A stretch of DNA of 64,000 nt from Ascoidea asiatica JCM 7603. Taxonomy: Eukaryota; Fungi; Ascomycota. The notes under the pieces were generated by a model that was given only the letters and a program-made list of their open reading frames with translations, was not told the DNA's origin and made no database searches. Position numbers and translations under genes: made by a program. The stretch lies in contig BCKQ01000007.1 in the NCBI GenBank assembly GCA_001600695.1, positions 190,613 to 254,612 on the forward strand, in the 5' to 3' direction. This document shows positions 46,389 to 56,997 of this stretch, one piece after another; positions within the stretch are counted from its first letter, which is position 1; each line of letters starts with the position of its first letter.

Positions 46389-49300
46389 CTACACTTTTTT
46401 AATTTTTATTTATTTATCTATATAGTTTTCTATTTAAAAATTTACTATAAAAAGCTTTAATCTTTTTCTTTTTTTTTTTTTAATTTTATTAATTATTGAA
46501 TTATGATCATTCAATTTGTTTTTAACAACCTCAACTTATTAATAAATATTATTTTTTTTATATTGAATTAAAAAAATCTGACTTTTGTAAGCAATACCTA
46601 GTAGCCTAAACTTACTCTAAGGTTAAGTTATTATTGGAATTTTTTGTTAGTAAAGTTTCTGTGGTTGCTCTTTAACTTTTTTTAAGTACCTTTTCTACAA
46701 AGTTCAAAATTAGTCAAAGCATACAGTAGTTTGAATAATGATACGCAAATTTTGTTTATTAAACCTCGAATCAAACAAGTATTAAGCTGAATATCGAATT
46801 GAACATTTTCCTCTTTTATCAAATTTCATTTCATGTTTTTTATTGGCTATTATTACTAAGACTAAAGAATTATTACTAAGACTAAAGAATTATCACCATA
46901 TAAATCATCATGTTTTACCATTTCAAAATCAATGATTTTTTCTATTCAAAATTTTTCTAAGAGTTAAACGTAACTGAATATATCAAAAGAGATTGAAAAA
47001 GATTGGGTCAGCAATCATTTTCTCAATTGAAGTAAATTCATAAAGGCAGATAAGATACACATCTGAAGAACTTTCATTTGAAAAAAAGAAAGAAACGAAA
47101 AAAGCAAAAAGCTTCAAAGTTTTTTAACGACATTTACAAATTTAAATCAAACGATTTGAGCACAATTTCTATCAGTCATGAAGTTTTACAAATCAATTTG
47201 ATTCAATACTGTAACAGAGTGTTTTTACAGTATTAAATTCTAGAGTAATACGTATACTTTGAAGACTTTGAGATAAATACTTATAAATAGTTATGAAAAT
47301 CTTCAAAAAATATAAAACTAATCTTATTAATTACCACCATTAATAACCCAGTAATAATAACGAAGCTGAATATAAAGTCAATTTTCAAATACTCAACATT
47401 AGAATATTGATATTGATTTATGAAATATTAATAAATTGAAATATGGAAGTCCGGAAACTGAGGATATTCTGAACTGGTTCAAATTTGGGAGATTAAGTTC
47501 ATTGAACAGTTACGCAGGAGTCATAGCTGTAGTCTGAAGCACCGTTGTTAAACATAAAATCTCGTGTTTAATTAAAGTTTCAATTCATAATTCCCGTAAC
47601 GCATATTTCCGTGTAAAACAGTGCAAAATCTTGGCTCAAAGTTTGGTGCTGCAAACACACTTAAGGTTTGTTGACGCAAATCTCACTTATTTTAGGTACA
47701 TATGTGTAATTGTGTGTTTATAAAAGTATACTCCGGTAATAGGATAAATGTATTTTTTTTCTCCGGAATTCCATTTCGATTAATCCGATAATATTAAAAA
47801 AACCCTGAATTGACAAAAAAGGGTGTTTTAGGAACAAAAATGTGGATGCACATTTTCTTGGTTAAGTTTTTATAGATTTAAATCTTATCATGAATATCTA
47901 TTTCCTTTTTTTTGGTTTTAGTGTAAGTATCGTTTTCAATTCAGACTCTGAGAGTTACAACAATTGAAATATCTTATAAGCTAGGAAATAGTAAATGAAA
48001 TTGTTTGTAACAGTTTTTACTTTCTTTTTTCTGAAAGGTCAATATTCAATATTTTTTTTTAATAAATCTAGATAATTGATACTGACGTTCTTCCTTCAAA
48101 TTAATTAATGTAAATGAATCGAGACGTATTTTAATTGAACAATGAATCCATTTTCAATAAACATTACATAACTGTTATTTAAAGCAGCTATGGTGGGAAA
48201 AGTATACAGTAGATAAGTGATTAAATTAAACAACATTTAATATTTATGATTCATCACTGTACGAGAAATTATAATCTGTATAATCTGTATTGATAAATTA
48301 TAAAACATGAAAATTTTACCATTTCATGAATTCACCGATCTTCATATTTGAAGTTTTTATTACAACTACCCTATTACCTTGATAATATTCTTTTATGAAC
48401 CCATTTTTTTTATTCAATGAAGCGCTTCAATGAAATAGTAAATAATACGAATTGAAAAGTATTTCAGTATTACAAAAATTATTTTTATCAAAACACATTA
48501 ATAATAATAATTCTAAAAGATATATGAAATATCCAATAGTGAACTACGATTTCTCTGATAATCGGATGAGAAGGTAAAACTGCCAATTCAGAGTTTTCAT
48601 ATTATTTAATTTACATCTGTAATATACAAAGATACCTGGGTAACCCGAGAAAGCTCACTAATAATGATTTTCACACACGAGTTTTGACGAAAATTCTGCA
48701 GATAATTAACGGTAAGAGTAATTTCATATTTGCTTTCAAGTAACAAACAAAATATTATTGCGATCAGTTTTCTGAATCTATTCAATTTATTAAAATTAAA
48801 TGGGATAAAATGAGTTTAATCTGTAAATTTAATAATTAATCCAGCGATTGAAAAAATTGATAATCAAAAATCGTCCCAATTAGGCAAATATTAAAGTTTT
48901 GTGGCGTCGATTGTAGTTTGTGGGTCATTTCCGACCATCTTTCCCGTTACGGCTTTTAGCTTTATTTCCGTAATATTTCCGTGCAAATATCTTTTTCCAG
49001 GATGCGGATTGCATTTGAGCCCCCACCCCCACATTTTCAGATTTTCACAGTTTCGCCAGTAAACTTCAAATCTGGTTCTTACCCCGGATTTCACACACTT
49101 AATTGGTTATAAGCTTATCTGAAATCTTAAGATTTCTTTGATCATTGATTTACGTAACATTGCTAAAATATCGAACTACTAGACTAAGGGCAAATTGAAA
49201 TCACTTGATTAAAAAAAAAGTTCTGAAAACAGCTTTTAATACTATGATAAATCGAAACAAAGATCTAATAATTCCAAGATTCAAAGTTCAAAACATGGAG

Positions 49301-49812
49301 AACTTAAGCCATAATTATTGATTGAAAGTTTTCAAAACTTAATGAATTTATCCATTACCTTTGAAAAGAATCATTTATTTCAATTTAAACAAGCTACTTT
49401 ATTTTTTCTATGAATTAAAGAAATTTCAATTTTTAAGGGATTCTGATTAATTATACTTACTTGAGTTTATATCATTGCTTGATTTTAGTTTTTAAAATAT
49501 CTCACACCTCTATTTCAATTAAATAATATTGTATGTAATATTAAAGATTTCATCCCCTAAAATTCTCAATTGAGCAAATTTTTATTGTTAATAATCAATT
49601 GCTTTTACTTTTACTATAAAAACAAGATATTTATCATTGTTTTCAAATTGAATAATAAATTAAATAAGTTCTTCTTTTTGATATATAATCAAATATAAAA
49701 ATAAATATTTCCTTCTGCATATATACAAATTAGATAAACATTTCTCATTAAGTTAATTTAAATATATATAATACAATAAAGTTATTCTAACAACTAATAT
49801 AATATTGTTATA

Positions 49813-50211
49813 ATGTGTCAAAGAGCTATCTGCCCATTTTGTCGTCAAAAGACATGGACTGCTTGTTCTGATCCTGAACCAGCTCATGTTCATAAAGTTA
49901 TGGATACTTCTGATAAAGATACTTGGTGTACTTGTGCAAATGTTGCTGATGATTTAATTGAAAAAAATGAAGAATTAAGAATTACTTATCCTCCTAGAAG
50001 TGGAATTGGTCATGCAAGAAGATTATCTTATTCTTCTTCGATGAATACTGGTGGTTTAAATAATTTTTTAAGAGAAAATAAAAGTCCAAAACAAAACAAA
50101 AATCATAAGGATAATGAAAATAGTTCAATTTCCGTAGATTCTGATTCAGCTTCTTCAATTGAAGATACTTCAAATTCTGGAACAACTTCTTCAAATCCTG
50201 TTTTAATTTAA
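49813..50211 (+). CDS. Small Cys/His-rich putative metal-binding protein (MCxxxxCxxCxKxTWxxC...H...WCxC family)
   Basis: MCQRAICPFCRQKTWTAC...H...WCTC pattern, typical host codon usage, TATAAAA at about 49615. Confidence 0.75.
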   Translation: MCQRAICPFCRQKTWTACSDPEPAHVHKVMDTSDKDTWCTCANVADDLIEKNEELRITYPPRSGIGHARRLSYSSSMNTGGLNNFLRENKSPKQNKNHKDNENSSISVDSDSASSIEDTSNSGTTSSNPVLI

Positions 50212-51242
50212 TTTATTCCATAACTGTTAAACTTTTTTTTTTTTTGGTTTTTTTCTTATGTTTGTGTTTTGGGCTTCCTTGGTTTTATGTAAATATCTAT
50301 ATTCATTTACTTTACTTTTATGACTTATTATCATTTCTTTAGTTTAACTTAATTCAAATATACATTTTTTAGTAACAATTCAAAAAAATTTCATAATAAT
50401 TTCATTACGTCAATAGATCAATCTCTACAATTTACAATTAATCAATTAATTAATCTCTCATATATCGATTACATTTTGTTCATGAAAATATTAAATATCA
50501 ATTTATGCATTTTTATTATATCCCCCCAAAGAAAGATTATTATATATCAAAGAATAAAATAATAAATTACAATGCTAAGAAAATTAAAAAAAAAAATAAT
50601 AAAATAATTACTAAAAAGTAACCTATTAAAAAAAAAAATGTTAAATAAGTATCCCTTGAATCTTTTGAAGCAAAAATTTTTGAATAATAGACAAATAATC
50701 ATCACGTTAAAATCACTCCAGAATTTCTTACCATTCATTTATTCATTGTTTTTCTAAAGTTCTTTTATTATTTTTTCTTTTTTAAAACTCAACAACAACA
50801 AAAATATATTAAATAAAAGAACTGTTAAACAAGAAACCATGAAAATTAAAAAACTTGAAAAGAATAAACATGAATAAAGTAATCGAGTTGATATATATTA
50901 TAATCAACCTAGAAAGACGAAATGTAAAAAAAAAACATTAATGGATTAGAAATAAGTTTTGGAAGAAATATAAGATAAGAAATATTTAAATGTTAAATTA
51001 ATGACATTGATTGAAAGATGAAAAGATTCTTCTTTATAGAACTATAGCTTACAATTTAAACTTCAGAAAAACAACAAAAATAAAAAGAATGAAGTCAGTA
51101 AAACAATAAAAAATGAAAGAAAAAGATAATATAAAAAGAAATTGAATAAAAAGAAGACCACTTTGATCTTTCATTTGGTATAAATAATGAAAAACTTAGT
51201 TAAAAATAAAAGGTTTTGTAAACTGTATGAAAATTTGAACAA

Positions 51243-54200
51243 CTAAGTAAGTTTCAACTCAGAAATTTCACCATTTTCGTTAGCATTTAAGCCCATAACA
51301 TTTAAGAATAAATTTAAGTATTTTAATTTTTTGGCAGATTCCTCCTTTGAGCCAATAATATTTTTGCTTTGTAACTTTTTAGCAAATGTAACAATACCAA
51401 AAATTTTATCACGAATTTCATCAATGATAATTCTTTGATGTTGTAATTTACCGGATAATGACAAAGAAGCCAAAAATTGCCAAATATAAGAATCATCATA
51501 AGTTACTACACCATTCATTAAAGAACTGTCTACTGGTGTCATTGGCGTCATAGGAGTTAAAGATCTAGAAGGTGGAGATAACAAAGCACTAATTGGTGGA
51601 GTATTATTATTTTCTCTTCCTAATTTATTTTTAAGTTCTGGACTAGTTAAAGAAGAAGAATTAACAGAATCTGAGTTTTGAATATAAGAAACTTCTTCAT
51701 CTTCATATAATTTGGAAGGAAAAACTTTCAACAAATGATTTTGTAAAGATTTGAAAAAACTATCATAAATTTGAGTCCAAACAATAACATCATTTACGGA
51801 TAAACCAGATGAATTTCCAATGACACTATTTGCAGATGCAGCCGAGTCGCTTTGTTGTTTCAATAATTCAACCTTTGAAATTAAAATTGTAAGTAAACTT
51901 AGTCCAATTTTATTATCAAGAAAATAAATAATTGAAGGGGAATTTTTTGAGTCATAACCAGAATATTGCTTATTATTAAAATTCAATAAGATCATCAAAG
52001 TTTTTATAATTTCATTGAATGTTAATTCGTTTGAAATGAAATTGAAAATATTTCTTAAAGCAGAATTTAAAAATGTATCAATTTTTTTATTTGTTTGCTT
52101 TTGTTTAGATTTTGAAGATTTATAATAATTTTCATATGAACTTTCTTTAATGACATCTAAAAGATGAAATTTTTCATATAATTTTTGAACAATACCAAAC
52201 TTTTCATCATGAGAAAGGTAGTGAAATAATCTTGGAATTAACTTAATACCTTTATTAAAATTTAACATGGAAATAAAAATATTGTTTTCTAAATCAAAAG
52301 AATTATCAAATAATGGATTTGAAGTTGAATTATTCATTGGGTCAATAATATGTAAAGATTTCCATAAACTTGTTGTATTGATTTCCTTTTGAGATCTTTC
52401 AAATGATTCTAAAGTTAGAATTTCTGTATATACGTTTTCAATATAATTTAAAATAACTATTGATGTTAATTTTTTGATATTTGAGCTTTGGATCGAATTA
52501 GAAATTGAATTAGAATTTGTATGAAAATTTGAATTATTTTGATCAATTAAAAATTTTGCACTATCAATTGGAGTTGAAGGAATTGAATTGATATTAGAAT
52601 TATTTAAAGAATCATTGACAATGGAATCTAACCTTTCATGAAAACTTTCACCAGATACAGAATTTGAAACAGAACTTCTTTTTGTAATTTCTAATTTCTT
52701 TTTAGGCATTTTACCACTACTAAAAGCAATTTTACCTAAAGATCCATCTTTTGATAAATTATTTGACTTTGGTCTTTCTTTGGCAACTGTTACAGCTTTT
52801 TGAACTTGCTGTTGCATTCTTTGTAAAGCTAAATCAACTCTTTTATGTCTACCACCTAATCTATGACCAGAATGTTCTAAATAATATTTTGCAATTGAAT
52901 TTAATTTAGAATCAGGGTTATTACCTTGTGGAGAATTAATTGCTTTAAAAATTTGAAAGTAAAAGTCTTCATTATAAGGATCATCAGTAACAATTTGAGC
53001 TAATTGAAATCTTGTTACAAAATCTTTATCTCTTGGATTCATAATATTTGAATATTTAATAATTCTTGCAACTTTATTTGATCTTTTAATTAATCTTTCT
53101 CTTTCTTCTGGTGTAAAATCTTGAGAATGACTAAATGAATGATTAAAATAATTTTGATTATTGAAATTGTTATTGAAGTTATTATTAAAGTTATTATTAC
53201 TGTAATCATTTCTAACTGGAGACTTAATATTATTATTATTACGATTATAATGATGAAAAGATTTTTGTTGATTGTAGTTTTGATATTGTTGTTGATTATG
53301 ATTGTTATTATTAAAATTATTGATTGAATCATTGAATCCATTATTATAGTTATTATTATTATTATTATTATTAACATTATTGTTGTTATTATTAACATGA
53401 ATAGGAACAGGAACGGGGGATTCACCTAAGATTGGAAATTGGCTCAAGTCTAACTTCTTTTTTTGAGGTTGTTGTTGAGTAATTTTTTTCTTAACGTCTG
53501 GAGGAGAAAATAATTGTTGTTGTTGTTGTTGTTGAGCTTTTAAATCTTTATTAGCCGAGCTAGAATTTGAAATTTTTGAAGATTTATTTTGTTTATTATT
53601 TTTTTGTTTATTGATATTTTTATTAGTATTATCAGTAGATTTTGATATATTTGAATCATTTTTGACACTTTTGATATTTTCAACATTTTCGGTTTTATTT
53701 TCGATAGTATCAGTAATAGTAGTAGTGTTAACATTATTTGCATTACTTGAATTATTGTTATTATTATTATTATTATTATCAATTTGATTATTTTGAATAA
53801 TAATTTTCTTTTGTTGCTGTTGTTGTTGTTGTTGTTGAGTATTTTGAATTTGGGGCTGAGATTGAGATTGAATTTGAGATTGCATTTGCGATTGAAGTTG
53901 AGGTTGAATTTGATTATTTTGATTAATTGAATTATTTTGGGGAATATAATTTATTGAACCTTTTTGAGATAAATTAAGATTATTTAAATTATTCATATTA
54001 ATATTTTGAAAATTAGATAAATAATCTACATTATTTAAATTATTTGAATTATTATTTAAGTTTGGTGGAATATTTTGAATATTCATTGGAGGTAAATTCA
54101 TATTCATATTCATATTATTTAAATTATTCATATTAATATTTTGAAAATTAGATAAATAATCTACATTATTTAAATTATTTGAATTATTATTTAAGTTTGG

Positions 54201-55265
54201 TGGAATATTTTGAATATTCATTGGAGGTAAATTCATATTCATATTCATATTATTTAAATTATTCATATTAATATTTTGAAAATTAGATAAATAATCTACA
54301 TTATTTAAATTATTTGAATTATTATTTAAGTTTGGTGGAATATTTTGAATATTCATTGGAGGTAAATTCATATTCATATTCATATTATTTAAATTATTCA
54401 TATTATTTAAATTGCCTAAATTATTTAAGTTATTCATATCATTTATATTTGGCATATTCATATTCATATTTGGAATATTCATGTTCATATTCATGTTCAT
54501 TTGTTGTTGATTTTGTAAAGGACTTAATAATTGTTGTTGTTGCTGAGTAATTCCAGGGAGTAAAGGATGGTTATAATTAACATTATTCATATTATTCATA
54601 TTTTGATAAAAAGATGCTGGTAACATATAAGGTTGTTGTTGCTGTTGTTGTTGTTGATTATAGAAAGCATTTTGATTGAGTTGATTAGGAATATTAGATT
54701 GCATTTGATTTTGAGGTTGAATTTGAGATTGAGGTTGAGATTGAGACTGAGATTGTTGACTTTGAGCAATTTGAGCTTCAATTTCTTCAAGGGATAAGAT
54801 TTTTTTATTAATATTTGGATTATTATCCCCAGAATATTGATTTTGAGAGTTTGAAGTATTCCATAAAGAAGGTAATGGTTTAAAAGAATCATCATTTTTA
54901 TCAATTGATAATTTATTAAATTTATCAGTTAAATTATTTTTATCAGATTTAGTACTATTATTAATAGTTGTATTAGTATTATTGATATTTATTGGTTTAC
55001 TTGAAACTTGAGCATAAGATTTTGTTAAAGTTTTATTATTATTATTGTTATTTGATAAACCATTTGTAAAATCGAAATCTTTACCAATTTTAATATCACT
55101 TGCGAAAGTTTCATCATTGAATTCATCATCATCATCATAATTATTATAATTATTATAATTATTTTGATTCGAATTATCTCCTAAACCATCATAAGTTTCA
55201 TCAAAATCATACATTTGATTATCTCCAGATTCTAAATTTTTATTATTTAGACCGAAAAAAGACAT
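51243..55265 (-). CDS. PAT1: Decapping activator Pat1
   Basis: MSFFG start, DFDETYDGLG, FNDETF (Dhh1-binding region), ILSLEEIE, MNPRDKDFVTRFQL...DDPYNEDFY, WQFLASL and LNLFLNVMGL motifs. Confidence 0.95.
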   Translation of the reverse strand: MSFFGLNNKNLESGDNQMYDFDETYDGLGDNSNQNNYNNYNNYDDDDEFNDETFASDIKIGKDFDFTNGLSNNNNNNKTLTKSYAQVSSKPININNTNTTINNSTKSDKNNLTDKFNKLSIDKNDDSFKPLPSLWNTSNSQNQYSGDNNPNINKKILSLEEIEAQIAQSQQSQSQSQPQSQIQPQNQMQSNIPNQLNQNAFYNQQQQQQQQPYMLPASFYQNMNNMNNVNYNHPLLPGITQQQQQLLSPLQNQQQMNMNMNMNIPNMNMNMPNINDMNNLNNLGNLNNMNNLNNMNMNMNLPPMNIQNIPPNLNNNSNNLNNVDYLSNFQNINMNNLNNMNMNMNLPPMNIQNIPPNLNNNSNNLNNVDYLSNFQNINMNNLNNMNMNMNLPPMNIQNIPPNLNNNSNNLNNVDYLSNFQNINMNNLNNLNLSQKGSINYIPQNNSINQNNQIQPQLQSQMQSQIQSQSQPQIQNTQQQQQQQQQKKIIIQNNQIDNNNNNNNNNSSNANNVNTTTITDTIENKTENVENIKSVKNDSNISKSTDNTNKNINKQKNNKQNKSSKISNSSSANKDLKAQQQQQQQLFSPPDVKKKITQQQPQKKKLDLSQFPILGESPVPVPIHVNNNNNNVNNNNNNNNYNNGFNDSINNFNNNNHNQQQYQNYNQQKSFHHYNRNNNNIKSPVRNDYSNNNFNNNFNNNFNNQNYFNHSFSHSQDFTPEERERLIKRSNKVARIIKYSNIMNPRDKDFVTRFQLAQIVTDDPYNEDFYFQIFKAINSPQGNNPDSKLNSIAKYYLEHSGHRLGGRHKRVDLALQRMQQQVQKAVTVAKERPKSNNLSKDGSLGKIAFSSGKMPKKKLEITKRSSVSNSVSGESFHERLDSIVNDSLNNSNINSIPSTPIDSAKFLIDQNNSNFHTNSNSISNSIQSSNIKKLTSIVILNYIENVYTEILTLESFERSQKEINTTSLWKSLHIIDPMNNSTSNPLFDNSFDLENNIFISMLNFNKGIKLIPRLFHYLSHDEKFGIVQKLYEKFHLLDVIKESSYENYYKSSKSKQKQTNKKIDTFLNSALRNIFNFISNELTFNEIIKTLMILLNFNNKQYSGYDSKNSPSIIYFLDNKIGLSLLTILISKVELLKQQSDSAASANSVIGNSSGLSVNDVIVWTQIYDSFFKSLQNHLLKVFPSKLYEDEEVSYIQNSDSVNSSSLTSPELKNKLGRENNNTPPISALLSPPSRSLTPMTPMTPVDSSLMNGVVTYDDSYIWQFLASLSLSGKLQHQRIIIDEIRDKIFGIVTFAKKLQSKNIIGSKEESAKKLKYLNLFLNVMGLNANENGEISELKLT
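53979..54404 (-). repeat. Three tandem 135-bp (45-aa) copies inside PAT1
   Basis: GATAAATAATCTACA recurs at 54016, 54151 and 54286 (period 135); the copies look nucleotide-identical. Confidence 0.92.
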
Positions 55266-55489
55266 TTTTGAAATTTTTGAATTGTATCATTTATAAGTCC
55301 TTGATAATCAGTTGATATAACAATTAACTATGTTTTTGTATATTAATATGGATGTATTGTATTAAATAAACAATTATAATGAATTATTAGTAAAATGAGT
55401 ATCAGTTGCATAGATTCTAGTCTCCTTCTTATTGTTGTTATTTCTGTTCCAGTTGTATCATTTCTATTTCTATTTCTCTTTCTCAAATG

Positions 55490-56290
55490 GCTCCATGGCG
55501 AAATGGAAGTACGCTGCTTCAGCGACAGTCAAATTTGCACGGTGTACGGATGTGCAGGTTCCTCATTGGGGTTCAGCGGCACTGAGTGGCTGGTAAATAA
55601 TTAAAGGCTAATATACACGTGCAGTCATGTGACTTTTTATTTTTTGGGCTTCTACTTTTGGAACTTAGCCGACTGTGGCTAGATGTGGCTGTAACCCTCG
55701 ATAATCTTCTCCTCTTTTTTTTTTTTTGAATCACGAGGTCTTTTTGCAAGTTGAATTTCTTCATTGGGATCAAACCGGAAAGGGCGTCGTACCGACAAAT
55801 TAACTGCTTAAACGGGTTGCAGATGGTCACATGTCTGGTTAAATGCGTGGCCTCAATGCACTTAAATTGCTCTTTGCTTTAATTGCACTGTAATTTCTTT
55901 TGTTTTTCTCTTATTTGCAACATGTAAGTTTCTTTTTCGGGCCGTTGAAACGGTGGGATTACCCTATTTGCGGCAATTCTAATATTAGTTATTTAATTAC
56001 ATAAGTAATTAGATAATCAATATTTCACTCAATTTATCATTTTATTTGCTAATTAATCAATTAATTAATCAATTAATTAATTAGTTGCGAGTCAATTAAC
56101 GTGACGCAAAGTTCTTGAAACGGCGTGTGTATTTGCAACCGGCAATATTTTCACGTCACTCTGCTTTACAATGCGTCACAAAGCGCTTCTTTCACCAACC
56201 AGAGCCAACCACATACCACTCCACATACAACCACCAGTCCACATACCGCTCCATGAACAAATATTAAATAATATTTTGAAGTTGCCGGTA
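55490..56290. promoter_or_regulatory. GC-rich divergent promoter island between PAT1 and the CK1 gene
   Basis: CACGTG 55616-55621, GTCATGTGAC 55624-55633, GTCACATG 55826-55833, and further ACGTGAC/CGTCAC sites at about 56100-56180. Confidence 0.55.
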
Positions 56291-56997
56291 CTGTGATCAA
56301 AAAGACTTTTATTGTTTGTTATTATCTTCTTCTTCATCATAATAATAATAATAATAATAATAATAAAATTTCACCTCGTCAGCGTTGGGTAAATGAAGAC
56401 TTCAAATTTCTATCTTTCCATCTTTTGCAACATTTTCTTACATCTGACACAACAACTCTTCAATATATTTCATTTCTCATACTCAAATTCAATACTAATA
56501 CGAATAATTTATTTATCAAGTATCCCATTATTCTAATAATCAAATAGTAATCTAATAATTTAGTAATTAAATATCTAATATTTGATAACTTGTATCTAAT
56601 AATCTTTTGAACCTCTTTTTTGTCCTCTTCATCTTCCCTTCTCATTCTTATTTGATTTTGATTCTGACTTTTATCTTGTGTTATCTTTTATTCTCATTCT
56701 CAGTTTAATTATCATCCTCACTTTCACTGTTTATTTTTTATTCTTGCTCTTATTATTATTCTCATTATCTATTAGATATCATTTATCATTTATCATATTT
56801 ATATTTACTTTCTTTTTTTCTTTCTTTTTTTATCATTTCGTTCTCATCATTATCAATATCAACACGATATCAACAATACAATTCAAAACATAATCATCAA
56901 TATAAACAATATAAACAATATAAACAATTTATATATTATAAAATAACATAAACAATATAATCAATATATAATAATATAAAATAAGAAATAATATAAA

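Noticed and set aside
45030-46600. hAT or Helitron boundaries for the orphan ORF block
   Set aside because: The 8-bp direct repeat has no terminal inverted repeats inside it, and no GC hairpin precedes the CTAG near 46598. Not called as a mobile element.
7312-54904. Many antisense or alternate-frame ORFs rich in I/L/Y/F (e.g. 7312, 11563, 18505, 29953, 53090, 54314)
   Set aside because: Shadows of AAT/CAA microsatellites within real genes.
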